This document shows, one piece after another, positions 47,058 through 58,617 of a stretch of 64,000 nt of DNA. How positions within the stretch are numbered: the stretch's first letter is position 1; each line of letters begins with the position of its first letter. Under the pieces are notes generated by a model that searched no databases, was not told the origin of the DNA, and saw only the letters and a program-made list of their open reading frames with translations. A program made the translations under genes and the position numbers. Where the stretch lies: the NCBI GenBank assembly GCA_040756875.1, contig JBFLYH010000002.1, positions 927,078 to 991,077 on the forward strand, in the 5' to 3' direction. The DNA comes from a candidate division FCPU426 bacterium. GTDB lineage: Bacteria; Oederibacteriota; JAAXVQ01; JAUVAV01.

Positions 47058-47834
47058 ATGCAGGCCGAAGAACGGCGCGATTGGGACGCGTATCAAAAAC
47101 AGGGAGACCGGCAGGCCCATGCCCGGTTGTGCGAACGTTACCTCCCTGACGTGCGCCGGCTGGTCGGCCGCATGGCCATCTACCTGGGAGACGGTGTCTT
47201 GGACCGGGAGGACCTGATCCAGGCCGGCGTGATCGGGCTGATCCAGGCGATCGACCTGTACGATCCCGAACAATCCGTGCCGTTTATTGATTACGCGCGC
47301 AAGCGCATCCGCGGCGCGGTGTACGACGAGCTGCGGGCCCTGGACGGGTACTCTTCCCGCTCCCGGCGCCAGCAGCAGAGCCTGGAACGCATCCGGAACG
47401 TGCTGCAGCAGAAACTGCTGCGGATGCCGAGCGAGGAGGAAATCGCGGAGGAGATGGGCGTCAGCCTGGACCAGCTTCACCAGCTGCAGGCCAGTCTGCC
47501 GGCCATCCACACCGAGCCGCTGGACGCGGACCATGCCGAGGAGTTAGGCGTGCAGCACGGCCCGGGCAAGATCCGCAACTGGATTCCCGGCGCGGACGGG
47601 TGGTCCATGGCGGAAAAGTTTCAATTCGTCGCCCAGCGGATCGAGACGCTGCCCGAACGGGCCCAGATCGTGCTCGGCTTGTACTATCGCGACGGTCTGA
47701 CTTTGCGCGAAATCGCCGAGGTTCTGGACCTGACCGAAGCCCGGATCTGCCAGATTCACTCTGCGGCCCTGGAGGTGCTGGAACAGCAGCTCCAGGACCT
47801 GAGCGGCGCTTTCGTGTCGGAGCTGACGAAATGA
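47058..47834 (+). CDS. fliA: Flagellar sigma factor FliA (sigma28)
   Basis: DLIQAG.IGL, YA..RIRGA.YDELR.LD and LTLREIAEVLDLTEARICQIH motifs. Confidence 0.95.
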   Translation: MQAEERRDWDAYQKQGDRQAHARLCERYLPDVRRLVGRMAIYLGDGVLDREDLIQAGVIGLIQAIDLYDPEQSVPFIDYARKRIRGAVYDELRALDGYSSRSRRQQQSLERIRNVLQQKLLRMPSEEEIAEEMGVSLDQLHQLQASLPAIHTEPLDADHAEELGVQHGPGKIRNWIPGADGWSMAEKFQFVAQRIETLPERAQIVLGLYYRDGLTLREIAEVLDLTEARICQIHSAALEVLEQQLQDLSGAFVSELTK

Positions 47835-47844
47835 GGTGACGGCC

Positions 47845-48162
47845 ATGGTGGAACCTCTGGACGCCCAAAATTTATTCAGCCGGACTCCCCTGGTGGAGAA
47901 GACCGCGGCCGCCCAACGGGACCAGGCCGCGCACCTCAATCTTCCGGCCCGGCAGATGGAAAAGGACGCGCAACACATGCCCGGCGGAGTGGAAATGCAC
48001 CGCCAGGTGCAGAAGACAGAAGACCGGGACCCGGGCCGGTCCGGCCAGGGAAACCGTTCCGGAAGCCATGGGACCCAGGCGGATGCGCCCTCGCCGATCG
48101 AGGTGACCGAGGTGCAGGAAGAGGCTGAGACGCCGGCGCATGAGCTGGACATTACGATTTAA
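47845..48162 (+). CDS. Hypothetical protein
   Basis: GAGGT RBS; tightly follows fliA; hydrophilic, ending HELDITI. Confidence 0.6.
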   Translation: MVEPLDAQNLFSRTPLVEKTAAAQRDQAAHLNLPARQMEKDAQHMPGGVEMHRQVQKTEDRDPGRSGQGNRSGSHGTQADAPSPIEVTEVQEEAETPAHELDITI

Positions 48163-48231
48163 GGGAGACACCGTCCCCAAGCGGCGCGGGATGCGGCGAA
48201 GGACGATGCCATGCGGAGGACGGAGGTGGAT

Positions 48232-48951
48232 ATGCCTCACAGGACGGAACGTTCTGAAACCATGCGGATCGAGCAGGTGTTTTCGCCCCACAGCCTGCTG
48301 CGCCTGATTTACTTGGACCAGCACCGGCCCGTGCAATTCAAGGCGCGCGTGGTCGGCGGCGAATCCGGCCGCCTGGAGTTGGAGTTGCCGGAAGGATGGT
48401 GGCGGCTGCGCGCCGAAGGCGCCAGGACGCAGACCGTTCGCCTCATGCGCCTTTTTCAAGGCGGGCTTTACACGCAGGAAGCCGTCATCCGCGAAGAGCG
48501 CCCCCAGGGCTCCCACCTGGTGGTGGAACTGACCGGGGAGCTTCAACGCAGCCAGCGCAGGCAATTCTACCGCGTGCCCGTGGGAACCACGCTGCAGGCG
48601 GAGGAAATGCCGGCCCGGGGCGGAACGGCCGGGGAGGCATTGCAGATGACGCTGGAGGACATCAGCGCCGGGGGCGCGGGCCTCGTGGTGCCGGTGTTTC
48701 TGGCGCCCGGCAACCGCCTGCGCCTGAAAAAGGCGCCCGCGCTGCCGGGCGGATTGGAAGCGCACTGGCCCGCGGAGCTGGAGGTGGTTTGGTGCCGGGT
48801 GCGGCGGCCGCACGGCTTCCGCGTGGGCGCGCGCTTTGTATTCGCCACGGACCTGGAACAGGAAACCCTGGCGCGGATGATAAACCGCTTGCAGCTTAAA
48901 CGGCGCGCTGCTTATTACCACGTTTCTCTGGACGACACCTGGGCGGCCTAG
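48232..48951 (+). CDS. PilZ-domain (YcgR-like) c-di-GMP-binding flagellar brake
   Basis: QRRQFYR (RxxxR) and DISAGG (D/NxSxxG) motifs; start may instead be 48262. Confidence 0.87.
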   Translation: MPHRTERSETMRIEQVFSPHSLLRLIYLDQHRPVQFKARVVGGESGRLELELPEGWWRLRAEGARTQTVRLMRLFQGGLYTQEAVIREERPQGSHLVVELTGELQRSQRRQFYRVPVGTTLQAEEMPARGGTAGEALQMTLEDISAGGAGLVVPVFLAPGNRLRLKKAPALPGGLEAHWPAELEVVWCRVRRPHGFRVGARFVFATDLEQETLARMINRLQLKRRAAYYHVSLDDTWAA

Positions 48952-49010
48952 CCGCCCGGGTCTCGGGATGCCAGGAAGGTTGCGGGATATTTCGCAGGGA
49001 GGGAAGGCCA

Positions 49011-49865
49011 ATGACAGTAAAAACCATCAATCTGGAAGAAGTGCAGGCCAAAGTCCAGAACGTTTTTCCCATGCCGCAGATCCTGGCCAAAATCATGCGG
49101 GTGGTCAACGATCCCACGGCCAGCGCCGCCACGCTGGAGCAGATCTTCAAATACGAACCCAGTTTCACGCTGAAGATCCTGACCCTGGCCAATTCGGCTT
49201 ACTACGGTTCCCCTGGAAAAATCACGAACATCCGGGCCGCGATCACGCTGCTGGGGTTCAACCTGATCAAAAGCATCGCCATCCACGCCAGCGTCAATGA
49301 GTTTTTCAATTTCGGCACCACCAATTCCATTTTTTCCGGGTACGAATTGTGGAAGCACTCGGTGGGTGTCGGCGTCTGCGCCAAAATGATATCCCGCCGG
49401 TTGAAACTCGGCAATGCCGAGGATTTTTTCACTTTGGGAATTCTGCACGACGTGGGCCTGATCATCGAGTATCAATTCTACCGGGAACCCTTTCTGGCGG
49501 TCATGGCCCGCCTGCAGGGGCGGGTGGCCTCCCTGCTGGAAACGGAACAGGAAATGCTGGGTACGGATCATGCGGCGCTGAGCCAGCTTATATGCGACAA
49601 ATGGAATCTGCCCAAAACCATGGGGCAGGCTTTGCGGTACCATCATGATCCCCTGGAAGCGCCCGCGTCCGTGCAGGCCCAGGCGTGCGCCTTGTACGTG
49701 GCCAATGAAATCGTGAAGCAAAAACAATACGGATTTTTTTACCCCACGCCGGCGGGGTTGGACGCCCGCGCCCAGGAATTGCTGAAAATCAGCGCGGACG
49801 ACTTGGAAGTGCTGGCCGAGGATTTCGATCAGGAAATCCAGGAAATGACCCGGATGCTGGAATAG
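49011..49865 (+). CDS. HDOD domain protein
   Basis: KILTLANSAYYG, LWKHS, GILHDVG and WNLP motifs. Confidence 0.93.
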   Translation: MTVKTINLEEVQAKVQNVFPMPQILAKIMRVVNDPTASAATLEQIFKYEPSFTLKILTLANSAYYGSPGKITNIRAAITLLGFNLIKSIAIHASVNEFFNFGTTNSIFSGYELWKHSVGVGVCAKMISRRLKLGNAEDFFTLGILHDVGLIIEYQFYREPFLAVMARLQGRVASLLETEQEMLGTDHAALSQLICDKWNLPKTMGQALRYHHDPLEAPASVQAQACALYVANEIVKQKQYGFFYPTPAGLDARAQELLKISADDLEVLAEDFDQEIQEMTRMLE

Positions 49866-49878
49866 AAAGGATCGACGT

Positions 49879-50898
49879 ATGCACGGCCCTATGACCAACC
49901 CCCCATTTTCCCAAAGCGGCGGGTCCGCTCCGCCCTCGTTTTTGGCGGACCGCAACGCCCTGCCGGCGGAGGACGTGGAACACCTGATGAAGAAACTCAG
50001 CGCCCGCATCCGGCAGCTCCGGAGCGAGATCGAATCGCGGCAGGAGGAGAACGAACGTATCATCGCCGAAAACCTGAAGCAAAACGAGGAGTTGCGGCTG
50101 CTGAACCAGGGGCTGGATCAGGTCGTGCAGGAGCGGACCCGGGAACTGGAGGCCTCCAAGCACACACTGGAGACGCAGAACCAGGAGCTCCAGGAGCTGA
50201 GCGAAAGCAAAGAGGCCATGATGCACATGATCGTGCATGATTTGAAGAATCCCCTGACCACGGTGATGGGGGCGCTGACGCTCTCGTTGCATCCGCGCTT
50301 CGAATTGCCTGAAGACCTGCGGGGTCTGATGAAGGACGCCAATGTCCGCGCCATCCAGTTGCGCGCCATGATCGACGACATTCTGGTCATCAGCCAGATG
50401 CGGTCGCGCGAATTCCAGCCGCAAACCGCACCGACCGAGCTCAACAGCCTCATCCAGCAGAGCCTGCAGCTGATGAACGCCACTAAAAGCGTCAAACCCC
50501 TGCAGCTTATATTTCATCCGGCGTCCGACGATGTCATCGCGGCCATTGATTATCAAATGATCGAACGCGTGGTCAACAATCTTATCAACAACGCCATGAA
50601 GTATGCGCCGGCGGGAAGCGAAATCGTCCTCGATCTGGAACGTGCCGGTGCCTGGGCCAAAGTCAGCGTGGCCAACCAGGGCGAAGCCATCCCTCCCAAC
50701 TGCCACGGAAAAATATTCGAGCTGTTCGGCCGCGCCAAACCTCAGGACCGGTCCATTCAGGGCACGGGCCTGGGGCTGGCATTTTGCAAGCTGGCGGTTG
50801 AGGCCCACGGCGGCACGATCAGCGTTGAATCGCCGCTCCCGGGCTCTGAGCGCGGCGCACGCTTCACGCTCACCCTGCCCCTGGCGGTCCAGCCCTAG
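49879..50898 (+). CDS. Cytoplasmic histidine kinase with coiled-coil N-terminus
   Basis: HDLKNPLT, NLINNAMKY and GTGLGLAFC motifs; G1 box reads NQGEAI. Confidence 0.9.
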   Translation: MHGPMTNPPFSQSGGSAPPSFLADRNALPAEDVEHLMKKLSARIRQLRSEIESRQEENERIIAENLKQNEELRLLNQGLDQVVQERTRELEASKHTLETQNQELQELSESKEAMMHMIVHDLKNPLTTVMGALTLSLHPRFELPEDLRGLMKDANVRAIQLRAMIDDILVISQMRSREFQPQTAPTELNSLIQQSLQLMNATKSVKPLQLIFHPASDDVIAAIDYQMIERVVNNLINNAMKYAPAGSEIVLDLERAGAWAKVSVANQGEAIPPNCHGKIFELFGRAKPQDRSIQGTGLGLAFCKLAVEAHGGTISVESPLPGSERGARFTLTLPLAVQP

Positions 50899-50998
50899 CC
50901 CCTGTTTTGCCTCTTTCGCCAAGGTCCCGCAGCTTGCCGCGGGGAGGTTGTCCACTTTAGGGGCCTTTTCACCGGTTCCATGTTATATAATGATGCGC

Positions 50999-52447
50999 AT
51001 GCGACGCCTCCTCCCTCTGTTGCTGTTATTGCCCCTGGCGGGCTGCGCTCTGCTACCCACGCAGGAAGGACCGCCTCCGCGCGAAATAGCACGGCCGCCT
51101 CTCCCGAATTGCTCCCAGGCCATGGATGATCCCCAATACTGGAGCAACAAATACCTGTTCCAGGACCAAATGCTGCTGACGCCCGAACAAATTTCCGCTT
51201 TAAACCGGCAAAATTTCAACCGGGGGCTCCTCACCGACGTGTTTTCGGGGGAGTTGTGGCGGATGCCGGCGTGGGAGTCCGCCTGGGGCGAATTGAACCA
51301 GGCGGAAGACAGCAACGAAAATCCATCGCTTCCGGGCCGGGGTCTGCAAGGATATACCCTCTATACCTATTTAAAAGACGAAACCGAGCGCATCAAACGC
51401 AGGCCGCGCTGGGCCGAGGATGGCCAGCCGGTGCCGGATGAGCGTTTCGCAGAACTGGACCGCAACCTCAACTTGTACGGGCTGCGGGAGAACAATCCGG
51501 TGCGCTACGGGCTGACCCGGCGCCGGACCGACGTACGGTATTACCCCACGGACCAAGTCATTGCCGGCCAGCGCTGGGAAACGGATTTCGACATTGTGCA
51601 GGTGTCTTCCGTGCCGGCTTTCCAGCCGGTGGCGATTTTACATACCAGCCAGGACCAGGAATGGGTGTTCGCGGTCACGGCCTATTGCCGCGGCTGGATT
51701 AAGCGCTGCGACGTGGTGGAGGGCTGCGCACCCAGCGTCCTGCGCGCGTTCAGCCAGCCTTCGCAGTTCGTAGTGGTCACCGGTCATGCCGTGGAAGCGC
51801 TGGAAGCTCCGGGAAATACCGCAGTGGCCGAACGGCTTTACCTGGGGACCGTCTGTCCGCTGCTGGAGCGGACAGAGGCATACTACGTGCTTGCCTTGCC
51901 CGGAAGCGTGTCAGCCGGGCAGCCCAAAATCCGGAAAGCTTATTTGCCCCGGAGCGCGGACGTGAGCGAGTCGTTCCTGGCTTTCACGCCCCGCACGCTC
52001 TGGCAACTGGTCTTCAAACTGCTTCATCAGCCCTACAGCTGGGGCGGCAGGGGCGAATACCGGGATTGTTCCCAGTTGATCATGGACGTGTTCGCGGCCA
52101 TGGGCCTTAATCTGCCGCGCAATTCCTCAGCGCAATCCCTGGTGGGCGTGCAGCGGCTGTCAATGCCGGCCGGCCTGTCGGCCGAAGAACGCAGCCGGCA
52201 GCTGGACCGCCTGAACCAGCCGGCGCTGTTGCAGTTTCCCGGACACATCATGCTGTATCTGGGCCGGGACAATGGCCGTCATTATGTCATCCACGACATT
52301 TGGTCTTTCCGGCGCGGGCAGGTCTCAGGCAAAGACCGCAAGGTCATTATCGGCCAGGTGGTGGTTTCGGACCTGTCCCTGGGCGAGGGCAGCAGCAAAG
52401 GGTCACTCCTGGAGCGGATCACGACCGTTAACCTGCTGCAGCCGTAA
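50999..52447 (+). CDS. NlpC/P60 peptidoglycan endopeptidase lipoprotein with SH3-like domains
   Basis: Lipobox LAGC; PYSWGG...DCS...LPRNS...GHIMLYLG catalytic motifs. Confidence 0.88.
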   Translation: MRRLLPLLLLLPLAGCALLPTQEGPPPREIARPPLPNCSQAMDDPQYWSNKYLFQDQMLLTPEQISALNRQNFNRGLLTDVFSGELWRMPAWESAWGELNQAEDSNENPSLPGRGLQGYTLYTYLKDETERIKRRPRWAEDGQPVPDERFAELDRNLNLYGLRENNPVRYGLTRRRTDVRYYPTDQVIAGQRWETDFDIVQVSSVPAFQPVAILHTSQDQEWVFAVTAYCRGWIKRCDVVEGCAPSVLRAFSQPSQFVVVTGHAVEALEAPGNTAVAERLYLGTVCPLLERTEAYYVLALPGSVSAGQPKIRKAYLPRSADVSESFLAFTPRTLWQLVFKLLHQPYSWGGRGEYRDCSQLIMDVFAAMGLNLPRNSSAQSLVGVQRLSMPAGLSAEERSRQLDRLNQPALLQFPGHIMLYLGRDNGRHYVIHDIWSFRRGQVSGKDRKVIIGQVVVSDLSLGEGSSKGSLLERITTVNLLQP

Positions 52448-52574
52448 CCTGAATACTACATTATATATAGCAGGGGGCCGCTGAGCGGTTTCCGGTCCGG
52501 ATTAATACCGCGGGGTTGAAACTTTTACCGCCTATAGGGGTCTATGACATTGTTGTTAGGCAACCCATCCGGGA

Positions 52575-52602
52575 TTGACAAATTCTTTTTTTTTACATAA
52601 AG
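52575..52602 (+). promoter_or_regulatory. Probable sigma70 promoter of the moxR-bat operon
   Basis: TTGACA-N16-TAAAGT. Confidence 0.5.
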
Positions 52603-52702
52603 TGAGCAAAAATCGCCTGAATTCCGCAAGTCTTCCCAAGGGACATCCCCGGCAGCATACGCCAGGATTCACGCCCCCGCGAAGGGGGACCAGGAGGCTG
52701 TT

Positions 52703-53692
52703 ATGGACAAAGACATCCGTGCATTGACCGAAAAAGTCAAAAAGGAGAGCGTGCTTACCGAAACCATCCGCCAGGAGGTGGGCCGCGTCATCGTCGGCCA
52801 GAGCCAGCTGGTGGACGGCCTGCTCATCGGCCTTTTGGCCGACGGGCATGTGCTGCTGGAAGGCGTGCCCGGCCTGGCCAAGACCCTGACCATCCGCACC
52901 CTGGCCCAGTGCCTGGACGCCCACTTCCAGCGGCTGCAATTCACGCCGGACCTCCTGCCCGCGGACCTGATCGGGACCATGATCTACAATCCGCGCGGCG
53001 AGGGCTTTACGGTCAAAAAGGGGCCGGTCTTCGCCAATCTTATCCTGGCCGACGAAATCAACCGCGCCCCTGCCAAGGTTCAAAGCGCCCTGCTCGAAGC
53101 CATGCAGGAGCGCCAGGTCACGATCAGCGACAAGACCTACCCGCTGGAGCAGCCGTTCCTGGTCATGGCCACCCAGAACCCGATCGAGCAGCAGGGAACC
53201 TACCCCCTGCCCGAAGCCCAGGTGGACCGCTTCCTGTTGAAAATCAAAATCGGCTATCCCAGCCGCGAGGAAGAAAAGGAAATCCTGCGCCGCATGACCG
53301 GCGGCGAGCCGCCGCAGGTGCGGCAAACCGTCAGCGTCAAGGATCTGCTCAAGGCGCGCAAACTGGTTGAGCAGATTTACGTGGACGAGAAGATGCAGAA
53401 TTACATCGTGGACCTGGTGTTCGCCACGCGCGAGCCCGAGGCCGCGGGCTTGAAGGAGCTCAAGCCCCTGATCGCCTATGGCGCTTCGCCGCGCGCCACG
53501 CTCGGCTTGACCACGGCGGCCAAGGCCCTGGCCTTCCTGTCCGGCCGCGGGTTCATCACCCCCGAGGACGTGAAGACCGTGGGGCCGGACGTGCTTCGGC
53601 ACCGCATCATCGTCACCTATGAGGCCGAGGCCGAGCAGATTACCTCCGAAAACGTGGTGCAGTCCGTGTTTGACGGAGTCGAAGTTCCATAG
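52703..53692 (+). CDS. moxR: MoxR family AAA+ ATPase
   Basis: LLEGVPGLAKT, QFTPDLLP, ADEINRAPAKVQSALLEAMQE, ATQNPIE and LPEAQ.DRF motifs. Confidence 0.96.
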   Translation: MDKDIRALTEKVKKESVLTETIRQEVGRVIVGQSQLVDGLLIGLLADGHVLLEGVPGLAKTLTIRTLAQCLDAHFQRLQFTPDLLPADLIGTMIYNPRGEGFTVKKGPVFANLILADEINRAPAKVQSALLEAMQERQVTISDKTYPLEQPFLVMATQNPIEQQGTYPLPEAQVDRFLLKIKIGYPSREEEKEILRRMTGGEPPQVRQTVSVKDLLKARKLVEQIYVDEKMQNYIVDLVFATREPEAAGLKELKPLIAYGASPRATLGLTTAAKALAFLSGRGFITPEDVKTVGPDVLRHRIIVTYEAEAEQITSENVVQSVFDGVEVP

Positions 53693-53709
53693 CAGCGATC
53701 AGTGGAATG

Positions 53710-53737
53710 GCAGGGGCGTTCAAGTGAACGACCCTAC
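53710..53737. repeat. Degenerate GTAG-type REP palindrome
   Basis: GCAGGGGCGTTCAAGTGAACGACCCTAC, similar to 41967-41994. Confidence 0.6.
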
Positions 53738-53769
53738 GCAATAATCCGAAAAGGTAAAAAGACAATACC

Positions 53770-54648
53770 ATGCTGCCTGCAGAGATCATCGCCAAAATCC
53801 GCCGCCTGGAGATCCGCACCGGCCGGCTGGTGAACGAAATATTCGCCGGCCAGTACGAGAGCGTGTTCAAGGGGCGGGGCATGGAATTCGACGAAGTCCG
53901 GGAGTACCTGCCGGGCGACGACATCCGCTCCATCGACTGGAACGTCACCGCGCGCACCGGCCACCCCTACATCAAGAAGTACGTCGAAGAGCGCGAGCTG
54001 AACATCATGCTCCTGGTCGACTTGTCGGCCTCGCAGCGCTTCGGAACCCGCGGCCGCGCCAAATCCGACCTGACCGCGGAGCTGGCCGGCGTGCTGGCCT
54101 ACGCGGCCCTGAAAAACAACGACCGGGTCGGCGCGGTCCTGTTCGGCAGCCGGGTGGAGAAATTCATCCCGCCGGCCAAGGGCGCCACCCAGCTTTCCCG
54201 CATCCTGCGCGACATCCTCTACACCGAACCCGGGCAGCCGGGAACGGACTTCAATCCCGCCCTGGAATACCTCAACGAAATCATGAAGCGCAAGAGCATC
54301 GTGTTCCTCCTGTCGGATTTCCACGCGCCGGACCATGGCCGCGCCCTGGGCGCGACCAACCGCCGCCACGACGTGATCGCCGTGGAGATCCGCGATCCCG
54401 GCGAGGCTGCCCTGCCCGCGGTGCCTTACCTTGCCCTGCAGGATCTGGAGCAGGGCACGAGCCGCCTGGTGCCCGCCGGTTCGGCCGCTTTCCGGCGCGC
54501 CTACGAGGAACACCGGCGGCTGCAGGATGAAGCCCGGCGTTCCACCTGGAAGCGCCTGGGCGTGGACCACATCGAGGTGAGGACCGACCGCTCCTATGTG
54601 GAGCCCTTGATCAACTTTTTCCGTATGCGCGCCCGGCGGTTCCACTGA
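53770..54648 (+). CDS. DUF58 (vWA-like) protein
   Basis: GRGMEFDEVREY.PGDDIRSIDWNVTAR, EERE, D.S.S and SDF motifs. Confidence 0.95.
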   Translation: MLPAEIIAKIRRLEIRTGRLVNEIFAGQYESVFKGRGMEFDEVREYLPGDDIRSIDWNVTARTGHPYIKKYVEERELNIMLLVDLSASQRFGTRGRAKSDLTAELAGVLAYAALKNNDRVGAVLFGSRVEKFIPPAKGATQLSRILRDILYTEPGQPGTDFNPALEYLNEIMKRKSIVFLLSDFHAPDHGRALGATNRRHDVIAVEIRDPGEAALPAVPYLALQDLEQGTSRLVPAGSAAFRRAYEEHRRLQDEARRSTWKRLGVDHIEVRTDRSYVEPLINFFRMRARRFH

Positions 54649-54670
54649 GCCGGCGCGAAGGCAAGGACCA

Positions 54671-55678
54671 ATGACGCGAGCCGCCGTTTTTCACATTTGC
54701 CTTCTGGGCCTGGCGCTGGCTTTCAGCCGGCCGGGGCTGGCTTTGGACGTTCGTTTCGGCGATCCGGCGGGCACCACGCCCGCGGCCAGCAGCGCCCTGC
54801 TGCCGCCGCTGACCTGCAAACTGCAGACACTGACGCCCAAACCGCGCCAGGGAGAGCCGGTTCAATTCAGCCTCACTTTGCAGCTCCAGCCCGGCGTGGT
54901 GGCGGACTCGGGCACGACCCTGACCAGCCTGGGCGAGTGGGAAGTGCTGGGCGTGGAGCGCGGGCCGGCGCAGGACCAGGAAGAAAAGCGCGTGCGCCAG
55001 GACCGGCTGACCCTGGTCACCTTTGCCAGCGGCAAAGTGGAAGTTCCGGCCTGGATCCAGACCTTCCGGCTGGCCGACGGCCAGCCCGGCGAATTCCGGA
55101 CCGCGCCCTTGACCGTGAACGTGGAGCCCGTGCCGCACCACTCCGGAGACCGGCCGGGTGAAATCCGCGGCTTGAAGCCGCAGCGCGGCCTGTTTGTCGC
55201 CTGGCCGTGGCTGTTGGCCGCCGCGCTCGCCTCGCTGGCCGTGGCGGCCGGATGGTGGTGGAGCCAGCGGCAAAAACCCGGCGCGCTGCCGTTCGCTGCG
55301 CCCAGCCGTCCGCCGGCCGAAGTCGCGCGGGAGCAGTTGGAGCGTCTGCGGCAGGCGGATTGGCCCGGCCAGGGTAACTTTAAAGCTTACTACGTCGAAT
55401 TGTCGGCCATCTTGCGCTTGTATGTGGAAGGATGCTTTCAAGTGCCGGCGCTCGATCAAACCACGCCCGAGCTGCTCAAGGCTCTGAAACACGCGCGCGC
55501 CAAACTGCCGGACATCAATGCCAGCCGCGAGGTGTTGAACCGCAGCGACCTTGTGAAATTCGCCAAGTGGCTGCCCACGGCCGCCGAAGCCCAGGCGGAC
55601 TGGCAGGCGGTCTGGGATATGGTTGAGCGCACGGAACCCAAGCCCGAGCCGGCGGAGGAACCCCATGCAGCTGGCTAA
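54671..55678 (+). CDS. Bat-operon membrane protein (BatD-like N-terminus)
   Basis: Signal peptide, TM helix, KAYY..LS.ILR.Y, QTT.E and DLVKFAK motifs; between DUF58 and batA. Confidence 0.8.
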   Translation: MTRAAVFHICLLGLALAFSRPGLALDVRFGDPAGTTPAASSALLPPLTCKLQTLTPKPRQGEPVQFSLTLQLQPGVVADSGTTLTSLGEWEVLGVERGPAQDQEEKRVRQDRLTLVTFASGKVEVPAWIQTFRLADGQPGEFRTAPLTVNVEPVPHHSGDRPGEIRGLKPQRGLFVAWPWLLAAALASLAVAAGWWWSQRQKPGALPFAAPSRPPAEVAREQLERLRQADWPGQGNFKAYYVELSAILRLYVEGCFQVPALDQTTPELLKALKHARAKLPDINASREVLNRSDLVKFAKWLPTAAEAQADWQAVWDMVERTEPKPEPAEEPHAAG

Positions 55679-56654
55679 TCCGTGGTGGCTGCTCCTGCTT
55701 CTGCCCGTGGCCGGACTAGCCTGGCTGCTGTGGCTGCGCAGCCGGCGGCCCGAGGGCTTCAAGTACGCGGAGCTGTCCTCCTGGCGAAAACTGGGCCCAG
55801 CGCAGGCCTTCGGCCCCGATGAGGCGATCTTCGCGCTTTTTATTCTCGGTTTGTGCCTGCTGGTCATGGCCCTGGCCAGGCCCCAAGCCGGCGTGAAAAC
55901 CGAGGAAGTCACGGGCCGGGGCGTGGACATCATGCTTTGCCTGGACACCTCGGGCTCCATGCGGGCCGTGGATTTCCAGCCGCAGAACCGGCTGGGTGCG
56001 GCCAAGGAAACGGCCATCCAGTTCATCCAGGCCCGGCCGCGCGACCGCCTGGGTCTGGTGGTGTTCGGCGGCGCAGCCCAGACTGTCTGCCCGCTGACCG
56101 CGGACAAAAAGGCGCTGCTGGATTTCATGCGGCAGGTGCGGATCGACATGACCGGCGTGGACGGCACGGCGCTCGGATCGGCCGTGGCCCTGGCTGCGGA
56201 CCGGCTGCGTTCCTCGAAAGCGGCCAGCAAGGTGATATTGCTTTTGACCGACGGCCGCAACAACACAGGGTCGGTTTCGCCGCTGACTGCAGCTAAAGCC
56301 GCGGCTGCGCTGGGGATCAAGATTTATGCGGTCGGCGCCGGGTCGCCCGGCGGCGGGCTGATTCCGGTCCAGGACCCGGTTTTCGGCACGCGCTACGCCC
56401 GCATGGAGCAGGACTTGGATGAGGACACATTGCGCGCCCTGGCCGCGGAAACCGGAGGCAGTTATTTCCGGGCCAAGGACAGCGAGGGACTCAAACGGAT
56501 TTTCGAGCGCATCAATCACATGGAAAAAAGCGATTACCAGATCAAGGCCTTCACCCATTACCGGGACTTGTATTTCAACTGGCTGGCCGCTGGCTGGTTG
56601 CTGCTGGCCGCGGCCCTGGGTCTGCGTTACGCGGTTTTCAGGCGGTTGCCGTAG
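55665..56654 (+). CDS. batA: BatA vWA-domain protein
   Basis: N-terminal ANPWWLLLL, ALARP, MIDAS DTSGSM, GTALG and LLTDG.NN motifs. Confidence 0.9.
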   Translation: MQLANPWWLLLLLPVAGLAWLLWLRSRRPEGFKYAELSSWRKLGPAQAFGPDEAIFALFILGLCLLVMALARPQAGVKTEEVTGRGVDIMLCLDTSGSMRAVDFQPQNRLGAAKETAIQFIQARPRDRLGLVVFGGAAQTVCPLTADKKALLDFMRQVRIDMTGVDGTALGSAVALAADRLRSSKAASKVILLLTDGRNNTGSVSPLTAAKAAAALGIKIYAVGAGSPGGGLIPVQDPVFGTRYARMEQDLDEDTLRALAAETGGSYFRAKDSEGLKRIFERINHMEKSDYQIKAFTHYRDLYFNWLAAGWLLLAAALGLRYAVFRRLP

Positions 56655-56660
56655 AGAAGG

Positions 56661-56779
56661 GGGGATGGCGGCCTTTCACCCGCGGGACGGCGGCCATTGG
56701 GTAGGCCGCCTCGGCTTGCGAAAAACGATGCCTACCAGTGTTTTTCGCAAACGCCCGCTGGCGAAAGGCCGCCATCCCC
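56661..56779. repeat. Three-way-junction structured intergenic element, copy 2
   Basis: 17-bp perfect terminal inverted repeat (GGGGATGGCGGCCTTTC/GAAAGGCCGCCATCCCC) enclosing the same 69-nt two-hairpin core as 1975-2043. Confidence 0.8.
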
Positions 56780-56813
56780 ATGAAGATAAGTTGTAAAACA
56801 CACTAAGGGATTG

Positions 56814-58604
<1,791 letters not shown>

Positions 58605-58617
58605 GCAAGAGGACAGC

